Assembly: GCF_009914755.1 (NCBI RefSeq)
Contig: NC_060926.1
Strand: one strand, 5' to 3'
Length of the DNA: 64,000 nucleotides
Source: the human T2T-CHM13v2.0 reference genome, Homo sapiens
The notes beneath the pieces were generated by a model. That model saw nothing but the letters and a program-made list of their open reading frames with translations. It did not search any database and was not told the origin of the DNA. The position numbers and the translations under genes were made by a program. Shown in pieces: positions 26,691 to 55,208 of the stretch (position 1 is the first letter of the stretch; the number at the start of each line of letters is the position of its first letter).

Positions 26691-26991
26691 TGCTAAATAG
26701 CTGTACCCAAAAGCACTTTTAAATTATTTCTTTTCTTGAATTCTCTATGGACATCCTAAAGGAGATGTCAATATGTATTGCATTCCCTCTGAGTGGTATG
26801 GCTTCAGATATGAAGTTCTAATACTTTGCAAGACATAAAAAGTTTGGAGGGTAACAGCACTGGGTTGTTAGGGATGTATGTTGGCATTCATGATAGTCAT
26901 TGGTGCTGTTCTCCAAATATTTTCAGTTCATTTTTTATGAATGCATTCTGACTGTTCCATCCCACCTACTTAAATTTTCCCATGGCCACAT

Positions 26992-26994
<3 letters not shown>

Positions 26995-27033
<39 letters not shown>
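26995..27033. repeat. Poly(T) tract, ~39 nt
   Basis: Uninterrupted T run. Confidence 0.95.
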
Positions 27034-27035
<2 letters not shown>

Positions 27036-29845
27036 CAATGGAGGTGAGAAGAAATAACGTGACTTTTTCAGGAGAAATCTCCAAGAAACAGCGTTCTATT
27101 CCGCATGCTTTTTTCTCTTTTCTATAGCAATGGGGATCTTATTGATGGTCCCTCCTTCCTTCTGGATTCCTGTGTTAGGATGACACAGCACAGAGCTACC
27201 TCTCACCTGACCAGTCATGAGATGTAAATAAATGAGGAAGAAGATTTTTGAGCCACTGAAATTTGGAGGTTGTTTGTCACCACAGTTTAAGCTAGCCCCC
27301 ACTGACTGATGCACGGCTGAAGAATGAGTCCGAACTGGCTCTGGACAAGACATGTGAAGAGCGCTCCAGGCTGAGTAAAATTCAAGGGTTGCCTCAAAGA
27401 TAGCAGTGAGCACGATATGTTATTGGGGTGGGTGTGGGATAAATAAGGTATATCAGGTGAGAATAATAAGAAACTCAACTTTAAAAGACGGCGCTGATTT
27501 GCACTGTGGAGAGATTCAAATGCCCTGCTTAGCATTTGAGATTGTGATGGATGAACAAACTAATTAAGAGCCCAAAATGAAAGCTGGGGATAAATATCTG
27601 AAAGTGTCTAATATCCCAATTTTTCATCCTAGAATGGGCAGAGTCCTTGACCCCATTCTAGGGAGACTTCCAAAAGAAAAAAGACCTGCATTTCTTCAAC
27701 AACCCACACTGAGGGACTTTCCTGCACTTTTGTGACCTGTGGCTAACACTCCTCACCTTTCATTCTGTCATCAGTGTTTTGGGGAAGCACCTTTAACTCT
27801 CTGTGATTTACAGGTTATTAAGTGGCCCTTACAATTCCCTCCAGAGATGGAAAAGACATGTTGATGGTGCCTGAGCTCACAGCAGCAAGCAGGCGTGTGT
27901 GCTCAGCAGCCACGTGGCTCATCTGCTAGGAGCTTGCTAAACACAATGTTCTACAACATTGCTTAACGCAAGGTGAGACGCTCCTGACTCAGAGGGTTTA
28001 ATTGCTCACCTACTTCTTTTTCTGCCCTCTTGGGCTTCTGAAATGAAAAGAACCCTGGGGTGATACAGTGAGTCAAAGGGGTGCCAGCCGCATCACAGCA
28101 TAATAGATTCCTAAAAAATCCCTGGCCTAAGATGACAGCCTTGGCTGGATAAGTTTGAATGTGCTGATAGTGGATATGGTAGAATGAAGGTGGTTGAAAT
28201 GTTCATATTAAAGAACTTCCACCCAGATTGCAAGAAAAGAGAGAGGAATGGAGATGGCAGCACGAGCCCCTACAATAAAAGCAGATGTTTTGAGATCAGT
28301 TATATTTCTTCTGACAAAAATTAAAGACAGAAACCAAAGTTTAGCCTGAGGCTACAATTAATTGGGCAATAAGCCAGAGGCACATATGGCATAGACAGAT
28401 TTAAACATTTCTCCCTTATATTAATACAAACACTAAAATTACAAATACATGGATTCCAAATAAAACAAATATTTTAAAATTTAATGAATAAACACTGGGG
28501 TCTACAGTAGTATTTGAAGGAGATCTCACAAACAGGTTTGGTTTTTGAAGGTTAGAACTGGTCGTCTAGAGAATTCATTTCATTCCAGAGAAATAAAGAG
28601 AGGAATTTCTTGGGTTCCTTCAGGAATGCATCTAGCTTTGCCTCATCTTTGTTTGAACTATGGATACGGCAGAAGAAAACATGAGGATTTCACAGATTTA
28701 AGGTGCAAAAAGTCACTGGGTTCTCTAAGAAGACTGGGATTCTTCTGCTGGAAAAATAAGTTTGTTGAGAAAAAATGAGTTGGAGGAGGCTGTTATTGAA
28801 GTGAAGCAGAATTGTTTTTACTAATCTGCTTATTACCCACTCTGTAGTGTGGAAACAAATTATTCATGCACAAGGTCCTCTTACTGTTCCTAGAATGCAG
28901 TGGAAAGAGAACAGATTAGTTTTCCTCCCTCAGAACACAACCCCTAGAAACATCCTACCTCAGATGAGATATTGCCTAATTATTTTCAAAAAACAGTAAA
29001 ACATCATGGATGTAAATGTTTGCTGCAAAATAAATACGTGCTAGAAACAGAAGCATCTGGGTCACAGCTATATTAGAGCTACCTGTGTTCCCCTGTCACT
29101 GACATTAAAACAAAAATGTCCAATACGATCCTTCACAGTGTGGGAGAGGGGAAGATGAAGGATGGAAAGGCCAGGCATAAAAGGATTTCAGAATTTCCGT
29201 CCATAAGGAAGTGGCTTTGTGCACTGTCTGTTACTGCGTGCAAGGTGAAATTTGAAGAATGAAAACATGCAGTAACAAGGGCTCCTTTGTCCAACTCACC
29301 TCTCCAGATACCAAGTTTCAGACATGTTGCATTTTAATTGAAAGGTTGATATAATTTTTTTTAAAGAACACTTGCGGTGTTTGAAGTGACAAAGGCTGCT
29401 GTGACAAAAAAGCAGGGAAAGGGAATTTTTTTTTAAAAAAGCAAACAACAACAACAAAAACCCCAGAGAAAAGCAAACAACAAACAAACAAAAAACAGAG
29501 GAAGAAGTCAAACACCCTGGGCTGTGACTACTTCCAGGAAGGGGCTACAAGAGGCAGTTGGAAATTCTATTTGCTTTGCAACTGTGGGTTTTCTGGCCTG
29601 CTTCCTTTCTAAAGTATATTACTCTGCTTTTGGTTCATGAAGTTATCCATTTCTGTTTTCTGGAACAGCTATGTATTTTCTTTATCTATCATCTATCTAT
29701 CTGTTTACCATCTATCTTTTCTACCTTTCGCTATCAAGAGCTTGGGTCAAGCAGGATAGAATTCCAGTGTATGTTCACTCTACCATTTAAAACAAGAGCT
29801 CTTGTGGGCATTCTCCATCACATCATAAACCTGAGCTTTCTAAAA

Positions 29846-30065
29846 CAGAGTGTGGCAAACTACCATGCATGGACCATGTCTGACACAGTCTGCGTTTGTA
29901 AGTAAAGTTGTAATGGGACACAGCCAATACATGTGTTACATAATGTCTCTGGCTACTTTCACGGTATAATGGAAGAGCAGAGTCATTGAGAGAGAGACCA
30001 TATGGCTTGGAAAACTTGAAATATTTAACACTTAGCCCCTTGCAGAAAATATTTGCTGACTCTTG
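29846..30065. mobile_element. MER58A-like hAT-Charlie DNA transposon
   Basis: cagagtgtggcaaacta...aaatatttgctgactcttg termini; 8-bp TSD ttctaaaa/ttttaaaa. Confidence 0.75.
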
Positions 30066-31246
30066 TTTTAAAAGATCTCTGTTTAGAATGCTACCTATTG
30101 CCTTCTGGATAGAATCGCAACTCTTTACCACAATCGACACAGCTTCAGCCCTGCTTCTATATCCAGCCTCATCTGTTTCTGCTCCTCCTCCTTATTTTCC
30201 TTCTGGACATGCTGATGGATTGTCAGCTTCCCAGATGTGCGAGAATCTCTCCTCCCTTCCCAACATTCTCACAATCTCCCTCTGCCTCTCAAGAACTTCC
30301 TGTCCCATCTCTCATGACAAATCCTTTCTTCATTCTTTAAGATGCAGCCCCTTGGCTCTTTCCTTAAGGATGTCTGTCTGGCTCTATTTTGGGTGACGTG
30401 CTCCTTCTGCATCTCCCAGAGCCAGCCGGTGTGTGTCAGCTACAACATTTCTTTGCATCTCTGTGTCGTATATCACCAAATCTGCCTAAGCTTGCATGAG
30501 TCACTGCATGACAACTTCAGACTCCACCAGCATTGTCCCCACTAACCACAAGGCTTAGACATTCGTCCAGTATGCTCGGGGTTGTGGGGTGGTAGCAGTA
30601 ACCAGCTGGTGACCATCATTTCTTACATCAGAATCAAATCTGTAGATCTCTGCCATTCATAAGTATTTGGAGTTTAAAATTAGCATAAAGATTTTCCTTA
30701 AAATAAGAACAAATGGCTTGAGTAGGCTTTTGGAACGTAGGATGTTTCCACTGGTTCATGTCTGTGTTCAGTATTCCCACATGAATCTAAACACGACTCT
30801 GCTCTTAGTAGCTGTGTGACCCTGGGACAGTCACTCAGTCTCCCTCAGCTAAATTTTGTTGTGTGAGTAATGAGGAGAGAGTTGTGATTTGTATTTAGTG
30901 AATAATAACAAACAAAAGGCATTTAGCTTTCTGGAACATGGTATGTAGTAGAACCTCATGAAAATACTAGCTGTTGATAAAACTAGACTGAAAAAAGCTT
31001 TCAAAGTCAACAACAGTATGAGGCAGTGAAGGACGTAGAGGAGAAGCTGCTGCTGCAGCCTGTAGCTCCTGGAAGCCCGTTTTGTCCATGATTTAGCAGG
31101 AACTCATTACCTTTCCATGAGGACACTGCCCACAGAAACCAAGGCCATTCTTTGAAGACAAACATGTCTTAATAGCCTTTACATTATGTAATAGTGTAAT
31201 ACAAATAATAATTTATTATTAGTAATAATGTGAAATTATTTACAGT

Positions 31247-31496
31247 ACCATAACCCTAACCATAACCCCTAATCCTAACCCTAACCCTAACCCCTAACCC
31301 CTAACCCTAACCCCTAACCCCTAACCCCAACCCCTAACCCTAAACCCTAACCCCTAACCCTAACCCCTGACCTTGACCCTAACCCTAACCCCTAACCATG
31401 ACTCTGACCCTGACCCTAACTCTGACCCTACCCTAACCCTAACCCCTAACCCTCACCCCCCACCCTCACCATCACCCTAACCCAACCCTAACCCAA
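31247..31496 (-). repeat. Interstitial (CCCTAA)n telomeric array
   Basis: ~250 bp of CCCTAA/CCCCTAA/CCCTGA/CCCTCA units, same polarity as the right fusion arm. Confidence 0.95.
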
Positions 31497-32456
31497 CGAC
31501 TGTAAGCCGTTTACAGGAAACTCAAGCCAAAACACTACTTGTTTCCAACGTTTTGTTTGCAGAGGATTTACAAATTACACTCCAAAACAAGATAGCCACA
31601 GAGCATACTACTTCTCCTCTGAAGTCGCTCTGAGGGCCTCCGCATCAGTCCTAGAATTGGAAGATTGGTGGACAAGAACTGGGATGTTGATGGGGCACTG
31701 AATATTTGCTGGACACCAACCTCCTGTTACCTAACCTTACAGAGGGCCCAGATCTCACCTGCCCAAATCAGACATTTTAACACACACACCTCTCAACAGC
31801 AGGACTTACACACACAAAACTCTGAGGTAAAGAAAGGATTGTCTCAACTCCTTGGTGTCTCAACGAACTAAAACACTGCCTAGCGCAGGTGCACCATCAA
31901 CCTTATTCACTAAATACACCTCTGTATATATTCTTCATCTTTGATTGTGGAAATGATATAATCAACATAAAAATGTTTTATAGATTGGACTAAAGACCTT
32001 TGAGGTCTCTTCACAGGATCCTATCTGGCGGACCCCCAAATCTGCCAACACAGAGGTCATCCGTAAACATGTGCAGGACAGAGGCCAGACAAAACCATCT
32101 CTCTCAGCCTCAAAGTGGCCTGGCAGTCACATGTGGGGTCTGGCCTGTGTGAGGAAGTCAGGCTTTCGGCTCCAGGCACCCTACTGCACCGCAAAACCAA
32201 GTTCTGCCTAACAAACAAAAAACAGCCTGCTCACTCTCCCTAATATCCCAGGTGGTAACCTAAGAGCATTATGCTAGACACCCCTCCTCCTCCACCCTCC
32301 ATGTCCAAGCTATCACCAAGGTCCTAGCAATCTTACCTCCTAAATGTCTCCCAAATCCACTTCTCTCCCTTCAATGTCCAGGCCACCAGCATGACTTCTG
32401 CATGTGTGTAGCAGCCTCCGCGCAGGACGTAAAGATGCAAATCTAGTCGTAGGCTC

Positions 32457-32868
32457 TCTGAAAGGAAAATTTTGGGGACCCAAAATTACTAAGCTAAAGG
32501 AAAAGTCAAGCTGGGAACTGCTCAGGGCAAACCTGCCTCCCTTTCTATTCCAAGTCACCTATCTCCTCACTAAGATAGGTGCATATCTGATTCCCTGCTT
32601 TGGAGAGGCTAATCAGAAACTCAAAACAATGCAACCTTTGTCTCTCACCTACCTGTGACCTTGGAAGCCCCCTCCCTGCTTCCAGTTGTCCCCACCTTTC
32701 TGGATGGAAGCAACGTACTTCTTACATATATTGATTGATGTCTCATGTCTCCCTAAAACCAAGCTGTGCCCTGACCACCTTGGGCACATGTCGTCAAGAC
32801 CTCCTGAGGCTGTGTCACGGGTGCACGTCTTTCTAAATTACCTGAAACCATCTCAGATAGGGTTCACA
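32457..32868 (+). mobile_element. MER4A-type LTR (copy 2, small internal deletions)
   Basis: Same motifs as 25339-25783. Confidence 0.8.
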
Positions 32869-33006
32869 CATCCCTTTCCCGAACCCTCCCAGGAGCCCCT
32901 CGTGGGCGCCCAGGTCCTGCCTGCTGTTGTGGCCCAGGCTCACCTGGAGCAACTCGACTCTTCGTTACAGCCTCGTGAACCTTTCAGTTCCTAAAGCTGT
33001 CTAGCC

Positions 33007-33446
33007 TGTGAAAGGAAAATGAATCTGGGGGCCCCAAAATCACTAAGCTAAAGGGAAAAAAGCTGGGAACTGCTTAGGGCAAACCTGCCTCCCCATCTAT
33101 TCAAAGTCACCCCTCTGCTCACTGAGATAGGTTAATATGTGATAGCCTCCTTTGCGGAGGCTATTCAGAAACCCGAAAGAATACAACAGTTTGTCTCTCA
33201 CCTACCTGTGACCTGGAAGCCCCCTCCCTGCTTCGAGTTGTCCCGCCTTTCCCGAGGGAACCAACGTTCATCTTACATATATTGATGTCTCCTGTCTCCC
33301 TAAAATGTATAAAAGCAAGCTGTGTCCCGACCACCTTTGGCACATGTCAAGACCTCCTGAGGCTGTGTCACGGGCGTGCGTCCTCAACCTTGGCAAAATA
33401 AACTTTCTAAATTGACTGAGACCGTCTCACATATTCGAGGTTCACA
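33007..33446 (+). mobile_element. MER4A-type LTR (copy 3)
   Basis: tgtgaaaggaaaat...ggttcaca with 4-bp TSD AGCC on both sides. Confidence 0.85.
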
Positions 33447-33759
33447 AGCCCATGCATGGGGACGTCCCCTGGGGTAGCGCCCCTCCTCCACTGAGCTCAC
33501 TCGCTTCCTCCTTGTGTGTTTTCTTCAGAAGAAATTTCACAGCTACTTGGTCCACACCTGTCTGCCCCACAGGAACCTCTCTTCTCCACAGGCACATGGG
33601 CGGCGTACCTGCTGGGCTGTGTGGAGAGGACCGGGTTCCTCTCCTGATTCCTGCTCAGTTAATAACGAATGTCGACAAGTCGAGAAAATTGCTCAAATTT
33701 ACCCCATCAAAGAATTAAAAACTGGTGAAAGCTTGACCTGCGCCCCCCACCCCTGACGT

Positions 33760-34290
33760 GCTCACCGCTCCACTCCCTCTAGGCGGGCGGCACCCGCTGA
33801 AGCCTCAGTACCACACCCACAGCCAGGAGCCCCAGTCCCGCACTCGGCCGCATGCGCACTCCCTGCGGCCCTCCCGCCAGGCGCCGCGCTGGGCAGCCAG
33901 CGCCCCGGCGGGGTCCTTCAGGCCTTCGGCCGGGCAGCCTCCCTCGGGGTCCTTGCGCGGTTGCGTAGCAGCTGCGAGGACGCGGGGCGAGCCGGAAGTG
34001 GAGTGCGCTGCGGTGCGAGCTGGGCCGGCGGGGTGGTTCGAGAGCGCGCAGAGTCCAGACTGGCGGCAGGGCCCGAGGGGCCGACCCGCAGCGTCCCTGG
34101 TCTCTCCAGCCCTCACTCGGAACCGCACGTGAGGGCAAATCCGCCCCGGTGGCTGGCTTAGCACGCGGGGACAGCCCCTCCGAGGCCTCCCTAGCGGTGT
34201 GGGCGAGAGGGCGTCCGGGTCGGGGGAAGCACGGAAAGGTGGCTTCGCGAGGCTGTTGTGGGGGGCGGGACGGGCAGCCTGGCGATGCCT
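33760..34290. promoter_or_regulatory. CpG-island bidirectional promoter (RABL2A on +, spliced RPL23AP7 transcript on -)
   Basis: CpG-dense; NRF1-like GCATGCGCAC 33850-33859; X-box-like GTTGCGTAGCAGC 33960-33972; ETS GCCGGAAGTG 33991-34000; donors CAC|GTGAGG (+, 34128/9) and GCG|GTGAGC (-, 33766/5). Confidence 0.85.
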
Positions 34291-34371
34291 GGACATGGTT
34301 GGTGGCCAAAAACATTTATCGAAAGATAGCATACCCACTTAGATGGCGAGGACATCGACAAGCAAGTCTTC

Positions 34372-34525
34372 GCCCGTAAGCGGTGGCTCACGCCTATAGT
34401 CCAGGGATGCCGAGGAGGGAGGATCGCTTGAGTCCAGGAGTTGGAGGCTGCAGTGAGCCGTGATCGCGCCACTGCACTCCAGCCTGGGCGACAGAGTGAG
34501 ACCCTATCTCTAAACAAAAGAAAGA
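34372..34525 (+). mobile_element. FLAM/Alu monomer in RABL2A intron 1
   Basis: gcggtggctcacgcctatagtcc...ggaggatcgcttgagtccaggagttggaggctgcagtgagccgtgatcgcgccactgcactccagcc. Confidence 0.8.
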
Positions 34526-35334
34526 ACGTCTTCAAGCATGGAGCCATGAAGCTGGATTTGGCTTTCTGTCGCTCTCTCTACAGGGTACAGGTGAAAGGGG
34601 GCAGACCCCTCATCATGCTTTCCAGGCATCTGCCACTTCCCAGGAATTGTCTCCCTGGATAAACAAGGCGAAGTCCCTGGCTGTGCAGAAGCAGTAGCTG
34701 TGTGGTGGCACAGTCAGGAAAACTCGGGGGCCCTGTTGGTATTTTCTACCCCTGACCCGTGTGCATACTTCTGTCGTAGCTCTCACCACAGTAGACTCTG
34801 CTATCATTGTGTCTTCCATCCTCTGAACCCTGTGCAAGGTCTGCTCATGGTGAATGCCCAGTAAGGCTCACCTATTGCTGCTATCTCATCATCATATCAT
34901 TTCTATGTGCCCCCCTAGCTAAGAGTCTGGACTGTGGTTACATTCTCAGGAATGTCTGCAAAGTCATATTTAGGTGTGAGGAGAGTAAAACAGAGCTAGA
35001 CATAATGTTGCACACAGCCTTTGGCACTGGATGCCTGGTGAATGTCTTGTGCAAATGGGTAACGTGAGGAGCAGCATTTGGGGTGCGCAGGACTTAACTA
35101 TTTGTGTATAACATATTACTGATGCCTGTGTGTCATCCTCTGCTACTCCAAGTCTAGTAGCCAATTGCATACCATATCTCAGTCTGGCACTGAGGGAAGC
35201 AGTCTGGATGGAGGTACAGCTGGAGATTTGGTTGAGGGGACTTATCTCTGACAACAGCCTCTTGTTGATCTTCCCAGACAGTGACAATACCCTCCCCTCC
35301 CTTGGGCTGGACCCCTCTCTACAGCTAGGAGCCA

Positions 35335-48857
<13,523 letters not shown>

Positions 48858-49386
48858 GGGGCTGGGGCTAGGGGTGGGTGGAGCCCTTTTAAAATACCCT
48901 TCCCTTCAACAACTCTCCAGCTCTGAATGGAGAAACTCTCTAGGCCATCCCCTCTTCTACCTCCTGCAACCCACCCATCCTATTAGCCTCCCACATTCAA
49001 GGCCCGTGATACAGGGATGAGGTCAGCACCAGCAAACTCTGGACTGGTGGAAGAATTCCCCACCAGATCTCCTTGAAGCAGAATTAGGGATCAGCATCAT
49101 TAACACCTTCCCCACCCCCTCCCCCCAGGCAGACAGTGAAGAGAATCAGAAAACATGATTATGTGTCACTTTAATACAGGAAATTTAGGTGTTTTTTGGT
49201 GTTTTTGTTTTTGTTTTCTTTCCAAAGCTCACCTCGGGGACAATTCCTTGGGCTTCTCCTGAGGTAATGATTACCCCCCCACCCACAGCTGAGTCTGTGA
49301 GGCCCCATCCTTTCCCTACGTTTTCTCCCATCTTTTTTCCTCTTCAATCTCCCAGTCATCTGGTTTGTTTGTTTCTTTGTTCGTCC

Positions 49387-49653
49387 TGAGACGGAGTCTC
49401 GCTCTGTCGCCAGGCTGGAGTGCAGTGGCGCAGTCTCGGCTCGCTGCAACCTCTGACTCCCTGGTTCAAACGATTCTCCTGCCTCAGCCTCCCGAGTGGC
49501 TGGCATCACCACGCCCAGCTAATTTTTGTATTTTTAGTAGAGACGGGGTTTCACCATGTTGCCCAGGATGGTCTCGATCTCCTCACCTCGTGATCCGCCC
49601 GCCTCGGCCTCCCAAAGTGCTGGGATTACAGGCATGAGCCACCGCGCCCGGCC
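49387..49653 (-). mobile_element. AluSc-like element in the RABL2A 3'UTR
   Basis: Antisense Alu with an internal deletion (cccgagtggctggcatcaccacg) and decayed tail. Confidence 0.88.
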
Positions 49654-52559
49654 CCAATCATCTGTTTTTAAACAATCGTTTTTGAGCAGATAGCTATTCA
49701 TTCCAGATTTCCGTGTACCCACTCTGTTTCAGGAGCTCTTCTAGGTAAAGCTGAGATCACAGGAACAGCAGGTGACAGGCCTAGCTATAGTTAGGAATAC
49801 ACAAGCGGTAAAATCGAGTCCTTACAGCCATACCACAAGGTACGTCCATTTGGACTACAAGAAGAGCTTCCTTTAAAGTTCCTATTTCAGCATAAAGAGG
49901 CTGTCCTTTTTTTTTAGGAATAGTTTGGACCTTGTGCCTCCTGTGGGAGGCTGAGGACTGCAAGAGGAGAGCTAGCAGATATGCCTGTTCACCCCTCTCT
50001 GGTACTTGTGGCTTGCTAGTATGTTTTTATGATAATCTCGGGCATTGTTTGCATTGTGTTTATTAATAGGGTTTTGTTTTTATTGTTTCCTTTTTTACAG
50101 TAAAGGCTGAATGACATAAACATTGAGTAAATGTATGTGCTTTGTGGCTCTGAAGTGTGTACTGAGCAAAAAGACAAAAGAATCTGCAAATCATCACCCT
50201 TATCAATGAAGGGTAGCTGCCTTGACCTGTTGCAGGGTAGCCCATGTTTACTCTCAATTCACTATATTGGAGGCCATTTCAGTGGAATTTAGTGTTTTCA
50301 AAAGAATTCAATTACCTATTAATTTGGGAGCTCAAGAACAAGTACATTTCCCCTTGAAATCAGCAATACTTAGATGTTCAACGTAAGATGTTTGACCTGA
50401 CCAGGGGTTCCCAGGAACGTATACCCTGATGAGGTAGAACTTAAAAAAATGTAGTTACTGTAAATAACTACTAAGTACTTTAAAAAAAATACAACAGCCT
50501 TACTGAGATAGAATTTGCAGACTATAAAGTTCACCATCGTGTTGGTTTTATGGGACTATTCTGTATCAGGTTCCTTAGAAGCTGACCCTGAGAAGGCCGT
50601 GGTTCAAATGACTTAATTAGGGTCATTCTCAGAAGAGTGAGGGGGGCAGGAGACAAGAAGCTCAGCAAGGTTGTGGTCTCAGCTGGAGGCCGGCTTCACC
50701 ACCCCACCCCGTCCCAGGGAAGCTCTGGAGGGCAAATTGCCCTCCAGAGTTAGTCCTACCTCAAGACCAGGGGCCTTTTGTGCCCTTCAGCCAAGGGTGT
50801 GAGGTGGAAGGGGGCCTTCTGTTTCAGTAAGGTCAGTTCTCTGGGGAAAAGGGTAACTGTGCGCTTCCAACTCAAAGCAATTGGAGGATGAATGTTTAGG
50901 CAGGGTGCCAGCAACATCCACAAGCCACCCATGTGTACATTGCTCAGATCCACCTGCTTCTTAAAGTTCATTCCATCCAGGTAGAGCTGCTCCATGTTTC
51001 TAACTGGTCACCAGTCCTGGGGGAATGTACAAGAGAAGGGTCAATGGGAAAGGACAAACCATAGCCCCTGCTATTGTAGTTGGACCCCATGCAGAGACTG
51101 ATACTTGTCACCTCTCATTCTCTGGCTAGCACTTTTGCTGGTCTAGGTTGTTTGCCTGGGGGGTTGATCCTGCTCCTCTTGCCTAATGGGGTATGAGCCC
51201 CTGCTTACTATGCCTTTATGAGGCGGTGGTTGTTAACACTTACATAGTTATATCTAAACATGCAAGTACCAAGAGACAGCATGAATCATCTGAGTACCAA
51301 ATACAGTGCTCCTTCCTATTATTATCTGGCAACATCCTTTCTTCCTAATGACGATTACAGGCAATCACCTCTTTCCAGAATGCTAACTCTGCTTGCCAGT
51401 TACAAGCGCATGGACTGTCTAGGAAGCAGCCATAGCTTTGTGTTTAGTGAAACTCTTACTGTATCACTTGGTGGAAATGCCTCCCCCACTCCCCACACTG
51501 CCACTCACAGAGTCCAAGACTTCAGCTCACAGAGCCTAAAGCTGTAGACACAAACACAGATTCCCCAAGTGTGTCACTGAGAGTGCTAGCGAGCGGGGCG
51601 CTCCTATGTCCACTCCTTGGTTACTAGACATGTTGGGGACATAAAACCATATAATGAATATTAAGTTGTATATCACATCATGAAGGACCCCATCCTTACA
51701 GGGTATCATATCCGAGATCGACATCTCTGCTATCCACAAAGATAGGAAAGACTCAGAAGTGGAGTGACATCAGGAAAATGGCAGAGTAGACAGCTCCAAA
51801 CTCCTGTCCCTCTACAGAAACATGGAGAAAAAGCAGCAGAAACTTTACCAGAACTCTGGAAAACAGTAAAAGACTTATATCAATCAGGAAAGCCCTGAAA
51901 TGAGGAAAGGGCAACTTCAAAGTGACAGAAAAGTGGTGTGGCATTTTCACTTGCCCTTGCCCCACCCCTTCATCAGCTTGATGGTGATCTTGAAGATAGT
52001 AGTCCATTTTCCCAATTTAGGACCCAGGTCCCAGGTTCCAGAGGGAGCAAGGCAGACCTTATTCACAAATGACTTTGTTTGTCTATTCTAACCGGTCAGA
52101 AACGATCTGAGAGACTAAAATGAGGCATTTGTCTGTTTTGCCCAAGTCTGAATCCACTCAAGGTAGAAAAGTGGCAGGCATTGCTTAAAAACATTCTGAG
52201 ATGACCAAAAAACCCACAGCTCCCTGGGACAAAAAGTTGTGGTTCAGACATACAATATATTACATAAAGCCTGGGAGGAAAATCTGGGAGAGTTTCTTTG
52301 GGAAATCAGGACATTCAAAAAATACTTGTGTTTATTGGGGATTTCAAATGTCATGCACATACCCAGGGCAGGTCACGCATTCAGGAAAGATCTGAGAAGA
52401 CCCTAAGCTTTTTCCTTTGGAAGATCTCTAGGTCCAGGGTTATCAAGAAGTGAAGGCTAAGACAGAGTTGTTAATATCCTGGTTAGGTGTTGAAGGAATG
52501 CCCCAGCACAAAGCCAATCTGCAAAGATTGAAAGAGATGCTTAAAAAAATTTTTTTTTT

Positions 52560-54060
<1,501 letters not shown>

Positions 54061-54196
54061 GATTACAGACAAAAATAACAGATAGTGGTTGTTTAGGGTG
54101 GGGGGGTTGCCGGTGAAGTTGGGAAGGAATTTGGTGGGGGCCAGGAAGCTAAGGGTACAGATTTTCAAGTAACGAGAATACTTTAAAATTAATTGT

Positions 54197-55208
<1,012 letters not shown>

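Noticed and set aside
33758-34379. Several 120-180-aa ORFs on both strands
   Set aside because: CpG-island composition; RABL2A exon 1 appears non-coding
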